Assembly: GCF_013365435.1 (NCBI RefSeq)
Contig: NZ_CP046577.1
Coordinates: 480,001 to 512,000 of the forward strand
Direction of reading: 5' to 3'
DNA length: 32,000 bases
DNA from: Wolbachia endosymbiont of Litomosoides sigmodontis
GTDB lineage: Bacteria; Pseudomonadota; Alphaproteobacteria; Rickettsiales; Anaplasmataceae
The notes beneath the pieces were generated by a model that was given only the letters and a program-made list of their open reading frames with translations, was not told where the DNA came from and searched no databases. Below, piece by piece: positions 1-8,425 of the stretch; position 1 is the stretch's first letter; every line of letters begins with the position of its first letter. The position numbers and the translations under genes are program-made.

Positions 1-597
1 CTCGTTTTCATCAACTTCAGCTGCAATAAAGTTTATGCTATCTTGTATATCTTTATTGTGAAGTAATTTATCAAATACAATGGAGTGTAATCCCTTGCAT
101 TCGCTCAGCGCACAATTTGGGACAATGCCAGCTTCTACAGGGAAGCTAGAAATTAATTTATAACAAAAGGCATGTATAGTCTGTATAGTTAAGCCAAAAT
201 TTTCCAATTCAGAGAAAATCCTTCTTGCTTGGATTAAATAATGATTTAATACTTCACTATTTTTTGTCTGCAGTAATTTAGATTCCAGTGTTGAGCACTG
301 GGATGGCAAATAAGGCTGAGATGACGTGTAGTGGTGGAGCGATAGTAAAGAGGGATCTAACTGTTCTAGAGACGCGATTAGTTCGCTATCAGAACAAATT
401 GCCCACTTACTAAGCATACTGTGAATGCGACTTTCCATCTCATTTGCTGCAGCATTGGTAAATGTTAAACAGAAAATATTCCTTTTATTTTCTAATAAAA
501 GTCTCAATACTCTATCTATTAAGATTTTTGTTTTGCCTGTGCCAGCTGATGCATTTACCCATGCAGAGAAATTAGGATTTATGGTATCTGATCTCAT
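1..597 (-). CDS. addA: AddA-like UvrD/Rep superfamily-1 helicase, N-terminal part (gene continues past window start)
   Basis: Hand translation of the minus strand from ATG at 597 stays open to position 1: MRSDTINPNFSAWVNASAGTGKTKILIDRVLRLLLENKRNIFCLTFTNAAANEMESRI...TIHAFCYKLISSFPVEAG. It has Walker A (AGTGKT), motif Ia (LTFTNAAANEM) and a TIHAFC motif. It is missing from the ORF track because no stop lies in the window. Confidence 0.7.
   Translation of the reverse strand, partial: MRSDTINPNFSAWVNASAGTGKTKILIDRVLRLLLENKRNIFCLTFTNAAANEMESRIHSMLSKWAICSDSELIASLEQLDPSLLSLHHYTSSQPYLPSQCSTLESKLLQTKNSEVLNHYLIQARRIFSELENFGLTIQTIHAFCYKLISSFPVEAGIVPNCALSECKGLHSIVFDKLLHNKDIQDSINFIAAEVDENE
283..303. repeat. 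Short palindromic element (core CCAGTG-TTGAG-CACTGG) inside the addA coding sequence
   Basis: Perfect 6-bp arms that extend with flanking pairs. On the coding strand it reads ...GCCATCCCAGTGCTCAACACTGGAATC..., encoding LPSQCSTLES. Related copies at 31018-31037 and 29406-29426. Confidence 0.6.
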
Positions 598-677
598 CAG
601 AAGTATGAAAACCTTAAAAAGTTGACTAAAATAGCATTATACATATAGTATAATAAGGTGTTAGTGAAGATATATAA

Positions 678-1544
678 ATGAAAAGTTTTTGTGTAAAAGC
701 TCCTGCAAAGATCAACCTTTTTTTGCATGTTATAGAAAAAAAAGAAACAGGGTATCACTTGATTGAAGGTTTATTTGTCTTCGCTAATCTTTCCAATTTC
801 TTAGAAATAAAAGTAGGTGAAAAGAATTTTAGGTATGATAATACTATAGTTGAATTTGTAAATTCTGAACTAAAAATAAACAATAAGTACAATACCATAA
901 TGAGAGCAGTTGATCTATTACTTAGACATGCTCCTGTACGTACTAAAGTTACTGTAAAGGTTGTAAAAAACATACCGACTGCTGCAGGTTTGGGTAGTGG
1001 TTCTTCAGATGCTGGAGCTGTGATACGTACGCTAGGAAAATTATGGAAAATTGACAGAACAATCCTAAATGAAATAGCTTTAAGTGTTGGTGCTGATGTT
1101 CCTGCAAGTATAGATAGTAAGCCAGTTTTGGTTAGGGGTATTGGTGAAAAAATATGCTATATTAAAAAATTCTCCCTACCTACAAATATAGTACTTGCAA
1201 AACCGAAAAAAAAGTTTTTGAGCACGCCAGAGGTATTTTCTAAATATGAAGGGAACTTTTCTAAGCCAATTAAGTGGAGAGGTGATACTGAGAAAGATTT
1301 ATTAAAACTCCTTAAAGAGACAGAAAACGATCTTCAAGAAATAGCAATAAGTCTTGTCCCTGAAATTAAAGATGTGATATTAGCATTAGAGTCGCAAGAA
1401 GGTTCCATACTTTCTCGCATGTCAGGTAGTGGTGTAACATGCTTTGGAATATTTGATAGTGAAAAAAATGCAAAAACTGCCGCAACTAATCTCAGAGAAA
1501 AGCAGCCAGAATGGTGGGTATGTGACACTCAATTAATAGTTTAA
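678..1544 (+). CDS. ispE: 4-diphosphocytidyl-2-C-methyl-D-erythritol kinase (MEP pathway)
   Basis: 288 aa. N-terminal APAKINLFLHV signature and GHMP-kinase motif PTAAGLGSGSSDAGAV. Confidence 0.9.
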   Translation: MKSFCVKAPAKINLFLHVIEKKETGYHLIEGLFVFANLSNFLEIKVGEKNFRYDNTIVEFVNSELKINNKYNTIMRAVDLLLRHAPVRTKVTVKVVKNIPTAAGLGSGSSDAGAVIRTLGKLWKIDRTILNEIALSVGADVPASIDSKPVLVRGIGEKICYIKKFSLPTNIVLAKPKKKFLSTPEVFSKYEGNFSKPIKWRGDTEKDLLKLLKETENDLQEIAISLVPEIKDVILALESQEGSILSRMSGSGVTCFGIFDSEKNAKTAATNLREKQPEWWVCDTQLIV

Positions 1545-1548
1545 TTTT

Positions 1549-1914
1549 ATGGATATAATTCCTTTAATTTCTAAGAGAAAAAACTTCATAAATGGTTACA
1601 GTGAAGGGAAATTTTTAGTAAATAATCAAGAATATCATGGCTCAATTATAGTTTTTCCTGAAATGGTGATTAAGTTAAAAGAAAGTGATATAAATAGTAA
1701 GGAACACTTTAATTTTTTTTTAACAGAGGAAATAGAAGTTTTGTTGATAGGTACTGGCAAAACACGAAATGTACCACATTCTTCAGTGAAGTCCTACCTT
1801 ATGGAACAAAAAGGTTTAAATTTTGAATTTATGACAACTGACGCAGCATGCAGAACTTATAATGTTTTAATATCCGAAGACAGGTTTGTTGTTACTTATC
1901 TAAAGATAATATAG
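1549..1914 (+). CDS. DUF498/Mth938-like (NDUFAF3-like) small protein
   Basis: 121 aa. Pattern INGYSEGKF..V..Q.Y.GSIIV...LLIGTG......MTTDAACRTYNVLISEDR matches the Mth938-domain family. Starts 4 nt after ispE. Confidence 0.7.
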   Translation: MDIIPLISKRKNFINGYSEGKFLVNNQEYHGSIIVFPEMVIKLKESDINSKEHFNFFLTEEIEVLLIGTGKTRNVPHSSVKSYLMEQKGLNFEFMTTDAACRTYNVLISEDRFVVTYLKII

Positions 1915-1915
1915 T

Positions 1916-2725
1916 ATGTTAGTAATATTTACGCAGGATTTTTTCATCAATAGTCTAATTGCGATAGTAATAATTAGCCTAGTAACAGGTGCCTTAGGAT
2001 CATTTATGATATGGCAAAGATTATCATATTTGGGTGATAGCTTATCTCATTCTTCGTTGCTTGGCATTGCATTGGCTTTAATCTTTAAGATTAGTCCATC
2101 AATAAGCATTATGCTTATTGCAATTGCATTTGCTATACTACTTTCCCTTAATTTTAATAGGCTATATTCTGTTGATACGATATTGAATATTGTTACTAAT
2201 GTAGTTTTATCATCAAGTTTAATATTGATGTCCTTTCTCCCATCAAGTAATAGTAGCATTATTAGCTCGCTATTTGGAGACATATTAACACTAGAACAGA
2301 GTGATATAGTATTAATTTCTTTAACCTCAATAGTAGTTGCTATGATATTAATATTTAGATGGCGTTACTGGTTAATAATTTCAATTAACCAAGATTTAGC
2401 AATAGTTGAAAAAATTAATGTAAATTTGGTTAGGCTAGAATTTTTAATTACTCTTGCTATATTTACAGCAGTGTCTGCCCAATTAATAGGGATACTACTT
2501 ATTGCTGCGTTTTTGTTGATACCAGCAGCATCTGCAAGGCTTGTTTCAAAAACTCCAATGCAAATGATTATTATTGCAACAGTTTTTTCTTTGATCTCTG
2601 GAATATCAGGCCTCATATTATCTGCAAGTTTTGACTTATTGACAGGACCGGCAATTATACTTATTGCAGCTACATATTTAATTATTGCTTATTTTATAAG
2701 GTTGATGTTAAATAAGTTGGCTTGA
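1916..2725 (+). CDS. znuB: Zn/Mn ABC transporter permease (ABC-3 family, ZnuB-like)
   Basis: 269 aa polytopic membrane protein. Blocks GALGSFMIWQRLSYLGDSLSHSSLLGIALA, LFGDILTL and LLIPAASARLVSKTPMQM align with E. coli ZnuB. No znuA or znuC adjacent. Confidence 0.85.
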   Translation: MLVIFTQDFFINSLIAIVIISLVTGALGSFMIWQRLSYLGDSLSHSSLLGIALALIFKISPSISIMLIAIAFAILLSLNFNRLYSVDTILNIVTNVVLSSSLILMSFLPSSNSSIISSLFGDILTLEQSDIVLISLTSIVVAMILIFRWRYWLIISINQDLAIVEKINVNLVRLEFLITLAIFTAVSAQLIGILLIAAFLLIPAASARLVSKTPMQMIIIATVFSLISGISGLILSASFDLLTGPAIILIAATYLIIAYFIRLMLNKLA

Positions 2726-2742
2726 TTTCATTTTCAAGTATG

Positions 2743-2761
2743 AATGCATTTGTAATGCATT
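2743..2761. repeat. Perfect 8-3-8 inverted repeat AATGCATT-TGT-AATGCATT
   Basis: Read directly from the sequence, 18 nt after the znuB stop. Each arm is itself a palindrome. No T-tract follows. Confidence 0.6.
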
Positions 2762-2855
2762 AGTTATGTGATACAGCTACTTTAGGATGAAATAGTTTTT
2801 GCTATATTATCCTTAATATGGTAGTGATAAGTTTTTAATTTTATGGAGTAATAAT

Positions 2856-3053
2856 ATGGCAGATGAAGGATTTTTTTTAAAATACTTATTTCAACCTATG
2901 AAAAAGTTTTACCGTAAGTATATTCTCAGAGAGATAGATGTATTAAATGACACACAGGATACGGGGAGTGATGTACAAGAAAATTCAGGATCTTTAGGTC
3001 ATATACAGCAAAATGAGTTAGCTATTCATATACATGACAATGATATTATATAG
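2856..3053 (+). CDS. Hypothetical small acidic protein (65 aa)
   Basis: GGAG about 9 nt upstream of the ATG. The stop lies 5 nt before the holA ATG, which suggests translational coupling. No recognisable domain, signal peptide or lipobox. Confidence 0.3.
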   Translation: MADEGFFLKYLFQPMKKFYRKYILREIDVLNDTQDTGSDVQENSGSLGHIQQNELAIHIHDNDII

Positions 3054-3058
3054 AGTAC

Positions 3059-4078
3059 ATGAGGATTGCGCCGTCTAATATTAAGAAATTTTTAGAAAAA
3101 CCTGATACTTTAAGTGGTGTGTTGCTTCATGGAAGTGATAACAGCAGAGTTGATTTCTTTGCGCAAGAAATAGTAACTAGTTTGAGTGAATATTCAGTTC
3201 AGGTGATGGATTTTGCAATGGTGAATAAGTCGCCTAGTCTATTACTTTCTGAATTAGTAAACATTTCAATGTTTACTAGTAAAAAATTAATCAAACTAAT
3301 AAATGTAACTGGAAATATATCTAAAGAATTAGAAAGTGTATTAGATTATAATACAAGTGATCACTATATAATGATGATAGCAACTGATCTTTTGTGTAAT
3401 TCCACAATTAAAAGTTATGTAAAAAGCTCAAAAACTTTTGGTGTAATTTCTTGTTATAAGGATAACAGTAATAATCTTTATGGCATAATATCAAGCTACT
3501 TGAAACAAAACAACATAAAATATAAAAATGAGATAATTTACTACTTACAGTCCTACTTCAATTATACCAGTATGTCTATATATTCAGAACTTGAGAAATT
3601 AATTTTATATTTAGGTGAGAGAAAAGATCTTAAACCAGCTGATATAGAGTTGTGCCTTTCAACTTCCAGCAATGATTATGTTACACTTGATAATCTGTGT
3701 TCTGCTATAGCAAGCAAAGATGTGGCAAATTTTATCAAAATCTCAGATGCATTGATATTACAGAAAAATTTCTCACCTATAGGACTAATTCGTATTATGT
3801 CAAATTATTTTCTACGCCTTGAAAATGTCTTGTTGTTAATACAAGGTGGGATGAATGAACAGGCTGCGATCAATCAGCTGAATCCTCCATTATTCTTTAA
3901 GCAATTGCAAAGCTTTAAATCCCATTTGAAAATTTTTCAACTTTCAGAGCTTAAGAAGATCTTAGAAAGCTTGATAGGCGTAGAGGTTGCCTGTAAAAAA
4001 ACTGATTTAGATCATAAAATGATTTTTCAACATGCATTGCAAATGGCTGACACTGAAATATGTGGTATCTCGTCATAG
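3059..4078 (+). CDS. holA: DNA polymerase III delta subunit
   Basis: 339 aa. The size and N-terminal pattern (VLLHGSDNSRVDFFAQEI) are typical of HolA clamp-loader delta. Weakly conserved family, so called from the general pattern only. Confidence 0.6.
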   Translation: MRIAPSNIKKFLEKPDTLSGVLLHGSDNSRVDFFAQEIVTSLSEYSVQVMDFAMVNKSPSLLLSELVNISMFTSKKLIKLINVTGNISKELESVLDYNTSDHYIMMIATDLLCNSTIKSYVKSSKTFGVISCYKDNSNNLYGIISSYLKQNNIKYKNEIIYYLQSYFNYTSMSIYSELEKLILYLGERKDLKPADIELCLSTSSNDYVTLDNLCSAIASKDVANFIKISDALILQKNFSPIGLIRIMSNYFLRLENVLLLIQGGMNEQAAINQLNPPLFFKQLQSFKSHLKIFQLSELKKILESLIGVEVACKKTDLDHKMIFQHALQMADTEICGISS

Positions 4079-4205
4079 ATTCTGCTAGCTGGGTAGTGGA
4101 ATGACGGTTATCATGAATCTATCATATAAAATCTATTATATCATACATATAAAAGTTTTATCTTAATTTCATTGAAATATGTATGTAAAATTATACTATT
4201 AATTA

Positions 4206-5339
4206 GTGCACAATACATTTGAAGTTATGAACATATTAGGCAAGTTGGTAATCCTGCTGTTAATTTTTGTACTTCCTTTTTCTTCATATTCATATCAATT
4301 TAGAACTAAAGCAAAGCAAGCAGCAGTTTTAGATTTAGCCTCAGGCTTATTCATTTTTGAACATAATTCTGACGAAAAGATGGCTCCATCTTCAATGAGC
4401 AAGCTAATGACTTTATATGTAGCATTTGCTTATTTAAAAGCTGGAATAATAGATATAAAAGACAAATTTCAAGTAAGTAGAAAAGCGTGGGAGAGAAAAG
4501 GCTCTTCTATGTTTTTAAAGGAAGGTCAATCTGTTTCGGTGAAAGAACTGCTTGAAGGAATTGTAACGGTTTCAGGTAATGATGCTTGCATAACACTAGC
4601 TGAGGGCATTGCCGGATCAGAAGAGGATTTTGTAATTGAAATGAACGAAATTGCACAAAACTTAAACCTAAGCAACAGTTACTTTGTTAATTCAAGCGGA
4701 TGGCCAGATGAGGATCATTTTATGAGTGCAAAGGATTTAGTAGTACTAGCAAAAAGGATTTTTACTGATTTTCCTGAATATTACGATTTATTCTCTGAAC
4801 AATATCTAACATATAACGATATTGTACAAAAAAATAAAAACCTTTTACTTTTCCATGATATTGGAGTTGATGGCTTAAAGACTGGTTACACAAATACTGG
4901 TGGTTACGGTATTGTAGTTTCTGCGAAACGAAATGATAGGAGAATTTTTGTTGTTGTAAATGGCTTAAACTCTGAAAAAGAGCGAATAGAAGAAGCAAAA
5001 AGACTGATACAGTATTCCTTTAATCATTTTAATACTAAGAAAATATTTGCTAAGAACAGTGTAATTGAAGAAATAAATGTCCTATACGGAAAGGAGAGAA
5101 AAGTATCTGTTACAGTTGCACACGACGTTACCATAACTTATAACCGCAATCTTCGTGATAAAATTAAGGTGCGTGTTGAACATAAAGATATAATACCTGC
5201 ACCCATTAAAAAAGGGCAAGAAGTAGGTAAAATTTTTATAGAAATACCAGGTGTAGAGCAGCAAATTACACCACTTTATGCAGTAAATGACGTAGAGGAA
5301 TTAAACTACATAGAAAAGTTTTTTAGAATGTTGTTTTAA
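4206..5339 (+). CDS. D-alanyl-D-alanine carboxypeptidase (PBP5/6 class)
   Basis: SxxK (SMSKLMT), SxN (SGND) and KTG (KTGYT) motifs in the correct order. Has an N-terminal hydrophobic signal-like segment. Start is GTG at 4206 or ATG at 4227. Confidence 0.9.
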   Translation: MHNTFEVMNILGKLVILLLIFVLPFSSYSYQFRTKAKQAAVLDLASGLFIFEHNSDEKMAPSSMSKLMTLYVAFAYLKAGIIDIKDKFQVSRKAWERKGSSMFLKEGQSVSVKELLEGIVTVSGNDACITLAEGIAGSEEDFVIEMNEIAQNLNLSNSYFVNSSGWPDEDHFMSAKDLVVLAKRIFTDFPEYYDLFSEQYLTYNDIVQKNKNLLLFHDIGVDGLKTGYTNTGGYGIVVSAKRNDRRIFVVVNGLNSEKERIEEAKRLIQYSFNHFNTKKIFAKNSVIEEINVLYGKERKVSVTVAHDVTITYNRNLRDKIKVRVEHKDIIPAPIKKGQEVGKIFIEIPGVEQQITPLYAVNDVEELNYIEKFFRMLF

Positions 5340-5340
5340 G

Positions 5341-6010
5341 TTTAAATATCACCTGCACCAAAAATACCAATTTTAATACACTTAAGAAAATTTATTGCTA
5401 GAAACACCTCATGTAAAGAAGTAGTGGGATAAGAGTGTAAATTAGATACCAAAGTCTCTCAGTTAGTATTAATATTCGGTGCAAATAAGCTAGAATTTTT
5501 TTCATTTCTAGAATTAATTGTACTGTAAAGATAAAATTTTTTTTCTACTTAATTTTACTTTAACCTATGTTCTAACACCTTTTTCAAACTATTTATGTCT
5601 AATTTTCGAATGTATGATAAAACGCAATTCATTAAAGAAAAATAACTCTTATTCATGATGCTTACCCAATAATTTCATTCATGTTTTTTGCACTTTTCTT
5701 ATCTACTTTATATCTTGTTCACTGTGAATTGGCCTTGACGCAATATACAAAAACTTCATTTTCGTATTACTGTAGATTTACTGACATTTAAGCTAAATTT
5801 TTTCTAGAATTCTTAATTCTATTTTTTTTAATGGTAATACTAAGATTTTCTTATATCCATACTTCAACTTATCCAAATTGACTTTAATTCAATCTAGTTT
5901 TTTTACGACATTGAGAGAAGTAAACAATTTTACTTCTCTTTAATCCATGTAGTTAATGTTGTTTTTGAAATGCACATATTTTTGCTACGTGATTTCTTTT
6001 TCATATATTC
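5341..6010 (-). mobile_element. Degenerate IS630-family (Tc1/mariner-like) transposase relic, copy 1
   Basis: The minus strand from ATG 6003 reads MKKKSRSKNMCISKTTLTTWIKEK*, an HTH-like N-terminus, followed by many stops and frameshifts. The DNA aligns with copies at 17420-17885 and 24690-24950. For example, the reverse complement of 5467-5580 matches 17553-17670. Confidence 0.6.
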
Positions 6011-6264
6011 TCTATCCGTTTCTTATATAGTGGTAATTAATATAAATTGTTTCAGCTATAAGTTTTAAGAAATTTATTAAGTAAGAGAGAAGCAAAAGAA
6101 CTACTGTTAGCTAATTATTCACTACCTGTTCTCAAAATTTGCGTTTTTACTATCTCATGCTTTAACAATTAAAGCTTAAGCTTATGTTAGGTAAAAGGCC
6201 TTAATGTTATGGTTAAAGAAGGCTGGCAAGATTTGTTAAATAAATTTCTTATTTCTATCGGCTA

Positions 6265-7434
6265 CTATGATAACTTAAGAACTTTATTTTTGATAATTTC
6301 TTTAGCAATAGCGCGACTTTCAAGATCAATGTTTATTATATCAGGTAGCGAGTTAATGTCAGTGTAATTGACAAAATTCTCTACTGTTGACTCTACTACT
6401 TTTGTTATTTCCAAAAAGGAAATTCTTGATTTTAAAAATTTATCAACAGCTACCTCATTTGCAGCATTAAGCACTATACTATTTATGTGTGGAGAAGAGG
6501 AATTTAACACTTCCATGCTAAGCTTTAGCGCAGGAAAGCGCCTATAATCCAGCTCTTGAAAGGTTAGTTTTTGCTTTGTTAAATCCAATTTATAACTCAA
6601 GGCCGAACTTTCTGGCCAAGACAGAGCATATGAAATGGGAATTGTCATATCAGCTTCTGCGAGCACAGCAAAGTTGAAACCATCTTTATAAGCTACAATC
6701 CCATGTATTATAGATTCAGGATGTACTATTGCTTCAATTTTGTTTGGGCTAATATTAAATAAGTTATATGCTTCTATCATTTCCAGTGCTTTATTCATCA
6801 TAGTTGCACTATCAACTGAGATTTTCTTTCCCATATTCCAAATAGGGTGACTAAGTGTTTGGCCTACCGTAACATCTTTTAATTGTTCAAGGCTATAATT
6901 TAAAAATGAACCACCAGAAGCAGTAAGTATAATTTTTTCTACACATCTATTGCTATTCTGCAAAACTTGAAAAATTGCGTTGTGTTCAGAGTCAATAGGA
7001 ATTATCTGTACGTTTTTTTCTTCAGTTTTCTTAAGTAATAATTTTCCACCACAAACAATACTTTCTTTATTTGCTAATGCAATGACTTTAGTACCACTCT
7101 CTATGACGCACATGATTGGCTCAAGGCCTGCAATGCCAACTACTGCAATAACTGAGAGATCAACTGGCAGAGAAGCAATATTTGCTAGACCATCAGCACC
7201 AACTTCTACTTTGATGCCTGTACCAAATAGGCTTTCTTTTAAATCTTTGTAAAACCTTTCATTAGAGATAGCAACATACCTTGCATTTAGCAGCTTTGCT
7301 TGATATGCCAGTAGAGCAAAATTTGAATAGGTACTGAGTGCTTCTACTTGATATTCTTCATTCCTCTTCAAGAGTAAATCTACGGTCTTTTTTCCAATGT
7401 TTCCTGTCGATCCTAAAACTGAAATTTTTTTCAC
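6265..7434 (-). CDS. dxr: 1-deoxy-D-xylulose-5-phosphate reductoisomerase
   Basis: 389 aa. N-terminal ISVLGSTGNIGKKT NADPH-binding motif and Dxr blocks PIDSEHNAIFQ and LTASGGSF. Confidence 0.92.
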   Translation of the reverse strand: MKKISVLGSTGNIGKKTVDLLLKRNEEYQVEALSTYSNFALLAYQAKLLNARYVAISNERFYKDLKESLFGTGIKVEVGADGLANIASLPVDLSVIAVVGIAGLEPIMCVIESGTKVIALANKESIVCGGKLLLKKTEEKNVQIIPIDSEHNAIFQVLQNSNRCVEKIILTASGGSFLNYSLEQLKDVTVGQTLSHPIWNMGKKISVDSATMMNKALEMIEAYNLFNISPNKIEAIVHPESIIHGIVAYKDGFNFAVLAEADMTIPISYALSWPESSALSYKLDLTKQKLTFQELDYRRFPALKLSMEVLNSSSPHINSIVLNAANEVAVDKFLKSRISFLEITKVVESTVENFVNYTDINSLPDIINIDLESRAIAKEIIKNKVLKLS

Positions 7435-7468
7435 TAAAATAAACTCATGTTAATTATAATTAATTTAG

Positions 7469-7485
7469 GAGAAGCGCCACTTCTC
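7469..7485 (-). terminator. Weak hairpin downstream of the 7528-8025 gene
   Basis: GAGAAG-5 nt-CTTCTC stem-loop, followed on the minus strand by an A/T-rich stretch. The stem is short and GC-poor. Confidence 0.25.
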
Positions 7486-7527
7486 AAATATTTGCAATTA
7501 TTCAATAACTCATAAAATAAAATTCAT

Positions 7528-8025
7528 CTAATCACTAAGTTTATGTTCATGGCCATCATCAACGAGTGGTGAAGGGCTAGGTGAAAAAGACTGACCATGG
7601 TAATTACCTGCATCATGTATGTCATGCAAGCCATTGGCATTATTAGCAATTTGATTACTAGCATGTGGAAAATCATCTTGATGAAGCCCTTCTTCACTAT
7701 TGGCTATACCCATTCCTTCTGATAGCATATCTTCTCCATTGCTACCTGAAAAATGTTCTGCAAAATTCTCAAAAAACTTTATACCAAACATATTGCCTGA
7801 TTTTCCAAATAACGTTGCAAGATTGCCGCTTACCAAACTTTCAAGCACATTGCTGTAAGCAGAAATTGCACCTTCATGAAAGTTGAATAGCCACTTCATT
7901 CCATCTACAATTGTTGCAACAGAATCACTATAACCAAGACCAAAACCGCTCTTTTCTACTTGATGCTCCTGGTATCGTTGTTGAGCTTGCCACTCCGCAA
8001 TGTTTGGACCCTGGGCTTCAGTCAT
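7528..8025 (-). CDS. Hypothetical protein, His/Asp/Gly-rich C-terminal half (165 aa)
   Basis: Intact ORF with no family motif I recognise. No TM segment or signal peptide by eye. The tail carries repeated GLH/H-x-H patches and an SPSPSP run. Looks slightly more GC-rich than its neighbours. Confidence 0.5.
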   Translation of the reverse strand: MTEAQGPNIAEWQAQQRYQEHQVEKSGFGLGYSDSVATIVDGMKWLFNFHEGAISAYSNVLESLVSGNLATLFGKSGNMFGIKFFENFAEHFSGSNGEDMLSEGMGIANSEEGLHQDDFPHASNQIANNANGLHDIHDAGNYHGQSFSPSPSPLVDDGHEHKLSD

Positions 8026-8214
8026 AAATTTTTATTCTAAATCCTAGATTATCATTTTACTACAAATATCGCTAAATATCAATAGGGCTCTTGAATAACT
8101 ATGTTTTAAATATGTAGAAAAATGGTGTTTATTGGGTGCTTGTAGCGTATATAGTCTTTACATAGTCAATATCAAGCAAAAAAATAACTTGGCAAATTTT
8201 AACATAAAAAATAC

Positions 8215-8242
8215 TTGACGAGTTTTGATTATAGCATATAGT
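8215..8242 (+). promoter_or_regulatory. Candidate sigma70-type promoter upstream of clpB
   Basis: TTGACG (8215-8220), 16 nt spacer, TATAGT (8237-8242), about 185 nt upstream of the clpB ATG. Chance matches are common in AT-rich DNA. Confidence 0.35.
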
Positions 8243-8425
8243 GTTAACCTTAATTTCTTGCAATTTTATGGTGAAAAATGGTAATTATGCATGTAAGTCT
8301 AAGATGTTAGTTGCATGTGTTGAGAACAATAATCATAAAATTTTACCTAGCAGCAAACAACTTCTAGTTTAAAATCAAGGAAACAATTGCTATATATAGC
8401 AAAAAATTAGAGTTAAGCTTATATT

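Noticed and set aside
425-625. 66-aa plus-strand ORF from the ORF track
   Set aside because: It lies antisense to the addA N-terminus, whose Walker A and motif Ia are unmistakable on the minus strand. The ORF has no motif of its own.
4078-4115. Possible fourth (half) copy of the palindromic element: GCTAGCTGGGTAGTGGAATGACGG after holA
   Set aside because: Only partial resemblance (CTGGG...ATGACG) to the flank of the addA copy, and no intact CCAGTG/CACTGG arms. Too weak to call without a genome-wide consensus.
8268-8372. 34-aa ORF (MVKNGNYACKSKMLVACVENNNHKILPSSKQLLV) in the clpB 5' region
   Set aside because: No convincing RBS, very short, and no motif. It could be a leader peptide, but nothing supports that from the sequence alone.
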